DNA from: Eledone cirrhosa
Lineage: Eukaryota
Direction: 5' to 3'
DNA: 64,000 nt
Assembly: GCA_964016885.1 (NCBI GenBank)
Contig: OZ024742.1
Location: 229,958,001 to 230,022,000 of the forward strand
In this document: positions 27,466 to 40,804 of the stretch, piece by piece
How the letters are laid out: each line of letters begins with the position of its first letter
How positions within the stretch are numbered: the first letter of the stretch is position 1
The notes under the pieces: generated by a model
Database searches by the model: none
Told to the model about the DNA's origin: nothing
The model's input: only the letters and a program-made list of their open reading frames with translations
Translations under genes and position numbers: made by a program

Positions 27466-28634
27466 TTGATATATATATATATATATATAACAAAGACAGA
27501 TAAGCAGTCAAACGAAGATAACTACGAGAATATGGATACTCACGTTGGTTGCTATATATAATTATTACAAAATGTAATTACTGTTTTCAGACCATTAGAA
27601 CGAAGGTTCTTCATTGAGTAACAGTTTCAATAAAATAACATATGTATATTATGTTTTCTATCGTTTGCATAAACACAGCCATACATGTAAAACGTATATT
27701 AAAGCTGATGAAATATAATGTAACCTAAAGTATGAGAGATTCGCGAAATTGCATTACACGCTCGACATCAGACATGTCAACTCTCCCCGTCCGACGGCGA
27801 AAATTACAATCGAATTTGGAGTGGTGAGAGATGTCTTCTATTTTGAAAATGGATATAGCTTTCATTATATAAAATCTCCCCATTTTCTATCATCTCTTCT
27901 CGTTTGGGGCACTTTTTCATGGACCTCCCCGGTTTGGGATTTTAGAGGATGGCAGATCTGAAATTCATAAAATGACGAAAATGTTGAAAACAGCAAACAG
28001 AGAAAAAGAATATTAATTTGCTAAAGTATTAGATATGAATCTACGTTCAAATGTTCGGATAATTCTTGGAAATCATACAGAAATAACGACAAAATGATGA
28101 AGCAAAATGGTGAACTACCTCAATTTTATCTGAGTGTAGATGTTTTGTATAGAAGAATGGCGAATGAGTTAATCATGTGAGCGAATATTTAGAGACGATA
28201 GCTATAAGAGGCTATCATGGTCAACTAAATTGGCCAGCAGTAGTTGAATTGGCCACAGTCTAATCTAGTCCTAACAATTCCTGCTACACAACGACAGATA
28301 GCTAGCTAGTATGATTTTATACCAAAAGGGGATGTCGGGATATATGAGATTAATTCCGTTGGTTTTACGCTGAAATTTATGATTATTAACAAGCCAATGC
28401 ACATTCTAGTTATAACCGTTGAAAAATCTAAGGCATTTCATTGTCGATATAAATTCTAAGATTTTTTATTTTTACGTAATTGAATCAGTGTCGAGTTTTT
28501 TCTATTGCTTCAAACAGCGTTCTCATAAGATAATAAAAATGAGACAGCTCAGTCGGAAATGAACTTTTCGCACAGTATTTCTATTCAGAAGTGACTGTAC
28601 TCATTCCAGCCAGATAATACATACATACATATTC

Positions 28635-28729
<95 letters not shown>

Positions 28730-30856
28730 TATATATATATATATTTTGTTTTTCTAATAATTCTGTAGACATGATTTATAATAATATATATATATATATA
28801 TAATACGTTTTTGAATTTGTTTTGCGAGACCCTCCCAAAGTATAACAATATATATATATATATATATTGTTATAATTGGGGAGGGTTATATTGTTGTAAT
28901 AATATTTCCAGAAACAACAATGCATTCAACACAGTACAATAGAAATGTATTGGTTTAACGCTTGTTATAGCAGGAAAAGTGTCGACCATTATCACAAGAA
29001 AGAATGAGAAATAACAGATGAAATCGAAAGATAGTGAATGAAATGATGACGGAAGGGAAAAAAAACAACGATCAGCGGAGGAAACGTATCGCACCTATCC
29101 GACAGATAACCTCCACCCCCCGGAAAACCCCCCAGTTGATGGACGTGAATCCGAAATATAGGGACAATTAAAACTCTCCCAAGGTAACTCGTGTTATTAT
29201 TTTTATTTTTTACGCTCTTTCCTACGTTCTCCTACACACTATACATCTCATTCTACATTCACTTACATCTCTCTCTTCACCACCGGGTCTTGTTACCCGG
29301 AGAATAACCCATCTACATTACACCACTATATAATTAATGTAAAATTTAAACATTGAATTTATTGTACTGTTGGTGTTCTGTGGATAGAGTGCCATCGTTG
29401 GATAAGTGGAAGACTAATTAATTTAGTAACATTGATGAGCTATATAACTTATATGCTGAGTGCAGTGAATGGAATGCAAGTGGCGTATGAGTTGTACATA
29501 TATGTATGAATTGATGGCCGGATTAGTGACATGGTAAGTGAGGATTGACCTCTGGTCTACCCTAGTGATAATTAACTTTGACATCCAATCTGACATACAC
29601 TGACCCAGAGCTTACCAGGAATTATTATATATAGAAGTGATTCTATAATAACCCTGCCAGGTTCTACGAGTAGACTACAATTAGAATGATCATTGATTTG
29701 GAGATCTGGCTCTTCGTGTGAAATATTCAATTGTGGCACTCTATAATGGAGGATATTCACCCTAATATGAACACCATTAATACTTCTTGATAGACTACAC
29801 TGTAATTATAGATAGGACACTTTAGATTTTTAGAAACTGTTTATAACCATATAAGATAGGGACTCTTTTGAGATAACATTTAATGTACATTAGGATAATA
29901 TTTAGTTACAGAAATCAGTGAGTTACCTCCCCCTCACGAATTAACTCCCCTTAGTCACACACACACTTCCGGAAAATAATACGATGTTGATTCTCGCAAC
30001 TAAACAACCTGCTATATTGGACTAAAGACCAACAAACTATGATACTCTAACAGAATCATCAAACGTCCAATATTGAATCGTCGTGGATTATGTGAGGGGC
30101 ATATAATCTAGATATTACGCTCTCCGGACTGTGAAAATGGTGTTGTACACGAAAACCATATCATTGCTTTGCTACACATTTCTAATATTTTAAATATTTA
30201 TAATATTTCTCTACACACAAGCTTCTATAACATTCATACAAAAGATACATTACCAGGACAACCCCCTTAATAATATTGTTTACCCGCTTAAAGTGCTTGT
30301 TTTACATGTAACACCCTGCCGCACTATAATATTTATAAATAAGACACACGTGCTTGCCACACGTATAACTATTGCACACGCTAACTGCTTCTGACTATCC
30401 TATCGCATTAATTTCACGTTGTATTTTAACATTAATTTTAATTTTATCCTGTTTTGATATGAATGTAATCTTTAAATGTATACTGCCACGCTAAATGTTA
30501 TAATGGATGTCGACCCACCAAGCAACAATATATGCATATGTATCTGTATGTCTCTTGGGTTGAAAAGGCGGTCATATATGTTATCATTCATTAATAAATT
30601 GCTCCGAAAAATCCAAACTTCGGTTTGGAGGAACAATTGTAAGCATATAAATGATTTGAACAGAACTTTGATTATTATAACTTATATATAACTGGTCTGT
30701 AAAACAACTGATGTTATTACATTGAGCTATTTATCTTACTGGTAATAAGGTAGTAATATATTACTGCCTATCACTATTTAGGGTTTGTAAAAATATATAT
30801 AACTACAAAAGGTTTTTGTATATGCATAACCATAATAGTATCCTTAATACTATATA

Positions 30857-31036
<180 letters not shown>

Positions 31037-31073
31037 AATATATATATATATATTTATTAAAATAACAGATTAA

Positions 31074-31124
31074 AGTTTAAGCAAAGAATCGCTGCTTTCA
31101 CCCTTAACGGGATCTTCTGAAACT
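31074..31124 (-). ncRNA. Atypical hammerhead motif (CAGAAGA core) at the PLE 3' end
   Basis: Minus strand AGTTT-CAGAAGA-T-CCC-GTTAA-GGG-T-GAA-AGCA-GCGATTCTT-TGCT-T-AAACT. All three stems pair. Confidence 0.6.
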
Positions 31125-32052
31125 AACAAAGTCAATCTGTAAACGCAGAACTGGATATTTCAAAAAACGTTGCAACCGGAGGAAGACAGGAAGACGATAT
31201 TTTGGTTCGTGGTAACGTTCGCTGGTAAAGAACGGGAAAAAACGAATAATACGTCATTAATAGGAGCGGTGAAAAACAATTACGCGCAAAGACAAAACCA
31301 CGTTTATGGTGTAAAAGAGGTCGTAGACTAATGTTCTCTTAGGTGGTGCATAGAGACGTTCTCTGGCAATGAACGAAAAAACGACGATAATAAGTCATAT
31401 GTGGGGCGTGGAGAACAATAGCACGCAAAGACAAAACCACGTAAATGGTATAGCATAAATCGTAGACTAAAATTCTAACTAGGAGACCAAATGAATCTCC
31501 GCTACAGAGTTAAGAACAAAGTCAATAAATACAATACAGAAGTAATAGAAACAAATAAATACATACACGCAAACAGATACGTACATACACAAGCATACGC
31601 AAAACCTAACCATGGGTATACAAAACCCCGCACATATAAATATGTGTGTGTGTGTGTGCTTGTGTACAAATAAATAAATAATTATATAAACGTATATAAG
31701 TAAATAAATACGTATATAACAAGCGCACACGCATACCTACATATAAATACACGAATGTTCGGAGACGTAAGTCAACTAAAACAAGAAGTACACATATACA
31801 CACACCCACCATACGTACGAACTTGCACACTCACGCGGACGCAAATCTACCGTATACACATAGCCAAACCCTAAATACCAGAATATGTAAAAAGTATACG
31901 CTATAACAGTCAAATATACGTCCGAGAAGGTATGCATACCTTCACAAAACATACGGGTAATATATACTTACCTATGCAAATAAGTAAAGGAATAGACAAA
32001 ACATATACTTAGCTCCCACATCAAGACGTAAAATATCCACGTATAGATCTTG

Positions 32053-33216
32053 CTATCCGTTAGGGTATAACGTGGGGCTGTAATACAGGAAAGTTTTGTG
32101 CAATTTATGTTTACAAGCCGAAATTGCCTCAGATTTTTTGTTTAAGATGTGGTCTGTAGCGTAGAGTATTTCCAGGGCCCCAGCGGCGCAGAGGTCACAT
32201 GGTCTTTTATTTCCGTTATACGATCTAGCCCTAGCTAGGATCTCCCAGTGTAACTTATATTGGGTGTGGTTGTCTTTTAGACTCCAGATATAAGCTGAAA
32301 GTGACGTCATATTCCTTCTTAGAGGGTAACGAAAAGAATGGGTATGCATGTAAAGACGCTGCTTGAAACTATTGGCGGTTAACCCTATGTAGGCCCTACG
32401 GGACGTGGGTGTTACAACCTTACATTTGTAGACAATGTTACTAGAGAGGCATTTCCCGGATAGGGGGCAATCAGCCCGATTCCTACAATTACAGTTAGTA
32501 CTAACTACAGGGTTGCACGTGTTCCTACGGCTAGGTAGTTTAGCTAAATTTGAAGCTGTGATGTTATGTGCAAGGTTAGGAGTCGTAGAGTAATAAATTT
32601 TAATAGTATTTCTATTAAAAATGTTACTATATTTATGTGTAGGGGGAAAATGCTTCGTAATAAGGGAAAGAAAGATCTTAGCTAATGGTGTGGCCACCTC
32701 CATATTATATGGTGGGTTAAACCAGCAAATGCGACGGGATCTATTTCTTCTAGGTCTATTTTCGTACTCTGTATATGCTACCTTATCGACAAATCCACTT
32801 CGAGCAAGAGCTTCATTGTAATAAGTGGAATGGTCGTTGAAAATGCGCTCGTTGGTGGAAAGACGGGAAAGCCTCAACGAAACGTTTCTTACCAGGTTCT
32901 TGGTTATGCTGGCAGGATGGTTGGAATGCTTACTTATGTAATTAAGCGTATCATTCGGCTTTCTATACGGGTAATACAACCCATTCAATAAATTGAGGGT
33001 AACGTCGAGGTAATTAACGACCGAGAGATTGGCCTCAACCTGTATAGAGAGGTTGAAGCCTTTAAAGAAGGCTGTGAGTTCTTTTCTGAACCTGTCGCAA
33101 GCACGAGGTCCGCACTTAGTCATGGTCAAAAGACCATCGTCACGGTACAAACCACTGCCCGCGTTGGGGAATTCGACCTTGATAGAGAAAAGAAGGAAAA
33201 GGCCAATAAGAGTCAC
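32053..33216 (-). pseudogene. PLE RT C-terminal half plus GIY-YIG endonuclease (upstream parts at 33140-33799 are frameshifted)
   Basis: The 387-aa ORF contains the YRDD and VY...YIG motifs. Confidence 0.88.
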
Positions 33217-33810
33217 TGGCGCCCATACTCACGTCGAATGGGGTACTATTGGATTTTTTAATCCAAATAGAGTCGTCGAAATTAATCACCGACTTTCGGG
33301 CATTAAGGATGACATCAACTTCAAAATCCTTAACCACTGTGAGTGTTTTAGCGAAATTGATAGCTCTAAGGAGAAGTGGTAAAGTGATGGAGGAGTAGTA
33401 ATTGTTGATGTCGAATTAGATAAAACGGCAATGTTCCTTGTTACATATGCCGTTGAACCAATCAATCACCGCGAAAGAATTGTTCCACAGTGCGAGAGGG
33501 GCCAAACTTCTAATTTCAGGTATAATTCTATCAAGAATCGTTTTACTAAGTCTACCTAAATCGGACTTCGTAGGGTTAATAAGCCGAATAGAGGGGTTGT
33601 TCGGAAAATTGGATTTGTGATCCTTCAGGGTAAAGTGGGGAGAGATAGGGTCCAGAGGTTCGGTCCGGTCCAGGATGTTCAGATCAGATGTGATTTTAAA
33701 CCCAGCATCGTTGATTTCATTGATGACGCACCGATTAGTTTTACGGTAATCCTTAGTTACAGCATTATGTAGTAGTTGATGGTAAGTACTGCGCTCCACT
33801 TGATATAGGA

Positions 33811-34041
33811 GACTGAGGTTGGCTGGACATGCTCACCGACATCCAGAGTTGACATTGCACTCCGTGCTCCTTTGGGAGCCCCTACATGGACACACTGGAA
33901 GAGGAAGACCAAGGTTAACATATGTTGATGCCCTAAGGACAGACACTGGTCTGTTGGAGACGCAGGACATGGCAGCGATAATGAGGGACAGAGACCGCTG
34001 GAGAGAACTCGTCCATGGATCTCGGGAATTTTACCCGCCTT

Positions 34042-34043
<2 letters not shown>
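33811..34043 (+). mobile_element. 3' fragment of an RTE-like LINE
   Basis: Peptide LRLAGHAHRHPE...LLWEP.HG...RGRPRLTYVD.L..DTG...MRDRDRW. Confidence 0.8.
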
Positions 34044-34092
<49 letters not shown>

Positions 34093-34445
34093 AAAGGTAA
34101 ACAGAAATAACAACGCAATCGGTACAGTATATGGAAGGGATATATTACGTTAATGCTTGATATAGCAGGATGAGGGTGTTAACGTTTCGGCCGCTAGTCT
34201 TTCATCGAAAGATAGAATGAGAAATAAGATAGATTGAGGGGCCGGGCAGGTACACACACTTATACATTGAGGACAACGGCAGCAACGACTACCATGACAA
34301 CAACAACAAAAACAACACCATTTACAATGATGAAGAGGATGATGACGAAGCTAGAAATAATACTATATTATGATCAAACATATATATATATATATATATA
34401 TATACGCACAAACATACACACACACACACATACACACACACACAT

Positions 34446-34488
<43 letters not shown>

Positions 34489-34784
34489 CACACATACATT
34501 TATATATACGCACACATACTCACATATGAAATAACATTTAGAAAACTTCATATATTGCATTTAATAACAGTGGTGTTCAATGCACTATTACAGGTGATAA
34601 ACTATAGATGTAATCAACGATAATGTTTATTCTAATAATCAGAAAAAAACATTGATAATTATAACAGTAATAATAGTAATAACGGTTGTCATGCTGGTAA
34701 TGGTGGTATATGGGAATATAATGGATATTAACAGTCAGTGATTAAAGTTAATATATTAATGGCCAATTGTTAAAGAAGGATTAA

Positions 34785-34973
34785 TAATTGTTTCTACTTT
34801 TGGCACAAGGCCAGCAATTCTCCCAATGCATTACTAGTACTTTATTTTATCGACCCCGTAAGGATGAAAGGCAAAGTTAACCTCGGCGGGATTTGAACTC
34901 AGAATGGCAAGGGCCGTAACTCTATGCGTTAAAGCATGGCGTCCGACCCTCTACCGATACTGCCAATCCACCA
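34785..34973 (-). mobile_element. SINE family A, full length
   Basis: Near-identical to the reverse complement of 21768-21953. Confidence 0.85.
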
Positions 34974-35386
34974 ATAATAATAGCCAATACTCAAAGTAGA
35001 ATCAGAGTACAATCAACGAGCTATGGGATGATGCATAAATGTATATTAGTAAAGGCACTGATGAAGAGATAACAATGTTAACTTTATTGTCGATTATGCT
35101 ATAGATATTGCCAGTAATAGTAGTTGATCCTAATGTAGTAGAAATACTGTTGACATAAAAGAATAAAATAAAAATAAAAATAAAAATAAAAGTGATGTAT
35201 ATTGATAAAGGCACCGATTAAATGATGACAATGATAACCTTATTGACGACCATACTATTAAATCCGAATGTAATACTAATAATAATAACATTTAAAGAAA
35301 TGAAAAACAAAAATTAAAGTAATTTTGATTGCAACGAGTTTACTAATGCGTTCAATACACTGAGGTACGCTCATAACACATGCACG

Positions 35387-35459
<73 letters not shown>

Positions 35460-35572
35460 TGTATATATATATATATATATACTGTATATATATTTGCTAG
35501 CATGGGCGTGCATCTGTGCGCTTATGTTAGTTGATATATTAAATTATCTATATATATATATATATATATACA

Positions 35573-36753
<1,181 letters not shown>

Positions 36754-38414
36754 TGTATAATAAACGTAATTTGAATTTTTCGAACATTAATAATAATATT
36801 CTGTTCGTTTGCAATTCCGAGTCATTCTACTGATATAGCTTTAAAGAGGTTGTTTGCATAATTGCAAACGAATCGGGTAATGTGTGTGTGTGTTGTGTTT
36901 ATGTGCGTGTGCATATACGGATACATATATTCACGTTCATACATAGATATACAAATTCGTACGTACCTAAATATATATACACCTAAAGTACATACACATA
37001 CGGGCTCTGTGTAAACATAAGCAAGTGAAGATAGGTCTACCGATAAAGCATGTATAATAATACAGATGCATGGTAGTAAACAGAAGTAGGAACAAATTGA
37101 GACAGCCGAAAGATTAATGTTCTAAATGTGTTTGAAAAATTATAGTGATACTGCCGTGACAGTGTAGGCAAGTTACAAGAAGGTATATCTTCCTTTCGGG
37201 TGGTTTTCTGCTAGTATGTGTAGTGTGCATATGGATATTATACGCAAGTATAGATGCATGTAGATATGATACATCAAATAAAATCGTAATTGACAATATG
37301 CACACAAATTGAACGAAGACTGCGTTGTACTCTCTTATGTAACCATTAAAGTAATCCATGATACATTAAAATAAGACGATATCATATATAAACTACATTA
37401 GGAAAAATATTATTGGCGGAAATATATGAATGTTTATATAAGCGATCGCTAACCGGAAGTGTTTACATTTGAAAATTTGAAAGAAGTGAATTTTAAAATA
37501 AGCAATAAAAATATATTTAATCAACAGCTGCGAAATTTAGTAGATAAATTATGTAATATTCATTCATTATCTATTCAATGTAATCCAACTTATTTTACAA
37601 ACGGGATAAAAATAAAATATATTCTGGACGCAGTCCCGCACTCCTTTCTTTATTAAAATTAAGATAGGAGTACCACTGCTGTGGTGAAAAGCTAGATACG
37701 ATTATTCGTAATGTGTGGTTAGGGTACTATGAGATATGTGCGATATATAAATGGTGTTGTCAACCTCTCTAGTAAGTGGGTCTGGTTTTGGAGGAGGATC
37801 TATCCGCGATGTGTTCTCAAGAAGGTTTTGATGTGTCTATGGGGGCACTTATCCAAAAAGGTACTTTTTCATGGCAGCATGGGTTAGGCAAGTTGTCCTG
37901 TTGTGAGACAAGTCAGATAAGATGACCATGTCTTGTTCACACAGAACTGTTTTTGTCTTGGTTTCTACGACTGGATGCTCTTCCTAACGCCAACCACATT
38001 TAAATCGTGGGCTTAGTGCTTTTTTGTCGTGACTCCAAACCAACCACTTTACAGTATTAACTGGGGGTTGGGATGGGAAGGTGCGTGTACATAGGGAGGG
38101 TACTGGAGAGGTACGTCTAGAGTGGGTCACTAAGCTCGTGAAGAGCGGGGTGTTAGGACGTGGATGAAGAGTGAAGTGTTAGGAGGTGGATGAAGGCTGG
38201 AGTGTTAAGACGTGGTAGATGTATTGAAGTGGGTAAGTGTATTAGAAAGAATTTTGTCTATTTTGGTATATTTTAGGCAATGTTTTTAGTACTACTGAGA
38301 GAAAAGGTTTCGGTAGCCCTGTATATACTTATTCTTAGATTACACGTAATGGTGATATTTGCTGGAACCCCCTTGACACAAACAAGCTATTACAATTTCC
38401 TTAAATATAGTGAG

Positions 38415-38570
38415 TGGATGCATCATGCCCAAATGGTTAAGAAGTTAGCTATGCAATCATTAAGGCTCTGGTTCGATCCCACTGTAAGTTACATTTAACA
38501 AAGCCCCAGGTTGACCTCTGCCTTGTGACAAATTCGGTCGACGGAAACTGTTTTGAATACAATCGGATGA
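38415..38570 (+). mobile_element. tRNA-derived SINE family B
   Basis: A-box-like TGCCCAAATGGTTAAG, B-box GGTTCGATCCC, then GCCTTGTGA...GACGGAAACTG. Confidence 0.6.
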
Positions 38571-39034
38571 ACTATACCAGTAATTCAAAGGGTCAACATT
38601 GTCACTCACGATGTCATCCTGAATCTTCTTGATATTTACGTTAAGATTATAGAGGCTGTTTCTTTGATCTAACAAGTGGGGTACTCATCGTCGAAACCGA
38701 CGGAAGAACATTTCATTAACATGTAGTGGGATCAGAATCTCCGTAGTCTTTCACAAGTGTTCCAGTTTTTTGCGAAAGTAAAACGGACATATATGTACAC
38801 CTAACGTCGTCCTCGGAGAGATTCATCTCCATACATTGCACAAATCTGGCTATTTTAAAATGCAGATATAACTCTTCTTACCTAAGTGTGTGGACAGGGC
38901 ATTATTAAAATAAGACATGTCGCCGCAAGGAATCGAAATGACGAACACGTTAAATATAAAGCCACGCAGCTGCAGTATATAGCGATAGCATGTTTATGCA
39001 ACATAGTAGACAACAACAACGTAGGCAGGAACAG

Positions 39035-39142
<108 letters not shown>

Positions 39143-39272
39143 GTAATAAAACAAAAAAAAAACATGGTGTTTTTATTAGAACGTAAAATAAATTAATTTA
39201 CATTATCTAGGTCTCGTTTCGAAAGGATATCAAAGAACAGCACTATATATATGTATGTCTAATATAATATAA

Positions 39273-39345
<73 letters not shown>

Positions 39346-39387
39346 GGAGGTGTGTATGTAATTATATTGATGTGCGCGTGTATGTAA

Positions 39388-39435
<48 letters not shown>

Positions 39436-39989
39436 GAACGTATGTTTAGTATATTTGGCAATATACTGTATGTTTAATACATACAGAGAGAGAGAAAAAT
39501 ATCTACACACGTCTGTGTAATCACTCTTGATACCGTGTCGTATAGCATAAAACGCATAGCGAATGGCGGCTAGGAGGTAAGGTAAAAATTAAATACTTTT
39601 CTTTCCTTCTGTTTTTCTTTTTTTAATTTGAAGAGGAAACCACTTAAAAATATTTAATTACAGAATGGTGCTTTCAAGTAAATGTAATTACTTTTCCTGT
39701 TGGTTATACGGTGGAAGCACCAATCTTCGTTAACAGACACAAATATCTTTCGGCTCAGCAAGAATATGTGTTTTTTGCCTGCCAATATAATGAAAGAAAC
39801 TAGAGGTTTAATTCTATTCAGAGGTTTATAATTTATAATTCTCACTATATTTCTCTTTTTGTAATTTTTCCTCCATTTGTAGTGTGTTTCATTTATATAG
39901 AGAACTAGACATATGCATCGCCCCACTCTCAAGCGTGAACGTAATACTTTGTACTACACTCTTCACTTTGTTTTGTTTTCTGTTTTAAC

Positions 39990-40046
<57 letters not shown>

Positions 40047-40583
40047 TAAAAGGAATTCCAACTTTGTCTGATTTACTCGTTTTATTTACAATCCTTTAAA
40101 ATTTATAATGGTATTAGAATGAAATAGTATGGTAGAATATTAAATGTTCAGTGTTAATTGAATAAGTACTTTCATGCTTTCGCAATCTTCAGGTTCATAA
40201 TGTGTGGTGACAGTCAAGTTTGCAATTTTCACAGTTGAAAATTGCAAACTTGACTGTAAATAGAGCTTTAAATAGCGCTTTAGATATTAGCTTTTAAAAA
40301 TAAATCCATCAACCATGAGCGACCCCCAACCCTCTTATAGACACCTGAAATACAGGCATTGTTAGCCTAAGATAAACTTAAAAATAAGGAGTGGTTCCCC
40401 AATTTGAACTCGTTTATAGAATTCTTTCTGCCTTTGTCACTCTAAATATAAATTATAACCTTAAAGAATTAGCTTTTAATGAATTTCCTTTTCTTTCAAC
40501 CAATGACCTCCACCCATCCCACTCCCCACCCTCTCCTTCCACCTGAAAAGACATAAATACCACGACATCTATTTTGGAAAGCC

Positions 40584-40634
40584 AGATTCCTGATGATTTC
40601 TAAAGAATGAAACAGTTCTAGTCCTGTAGAATCT
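40584..40634 (+). ncRNA. Type-I hammerhead ribozyme
   Basis: AGATTC-CTGATGA-T-TTC-TAAA-GAA-T-GAA-ACAG-TTCTAGTC-CTGT-A-GAATCT. Stem I is 6 bp, stem III is 4 bp, and the cleavage triplet is GUA. Confidence 0.78.
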
Positions 40635-40719
40635 CATCTATATTAAAACTTTTATACTCTGCTATGTATTGAGTACCTTACTTATTGTGGCTACCTCCGA
40701 TTCAACCTGGAATAACTTA

Positions 40720-40753
<34 letters not shown>

Positions 40754-40804
40754 CTCTGGTGAACCTACAATAACTGAATGTTAAAATCCCTATATATATA
40801 TATG

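Larger units (their letters stand above)
31052..33810 (-). mobile_element. Penelope-like element (RT plus C-terminal GIY-YIG), Hydra-clade-like, 5' truncated
   Basis: Motifs TLKDHK..F.NNP..RLINPTKSDLG, FDVSMGA, GLYRDDGL, YLDVTLNL, WFNPPY, CNCRNRADCPLSGKCL, NIVY..YIG and CDLC...CKH. About 1 kb of 3' UTR ends in a hammerhead motif at a (TA)n tract. Confidence 0.92.
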
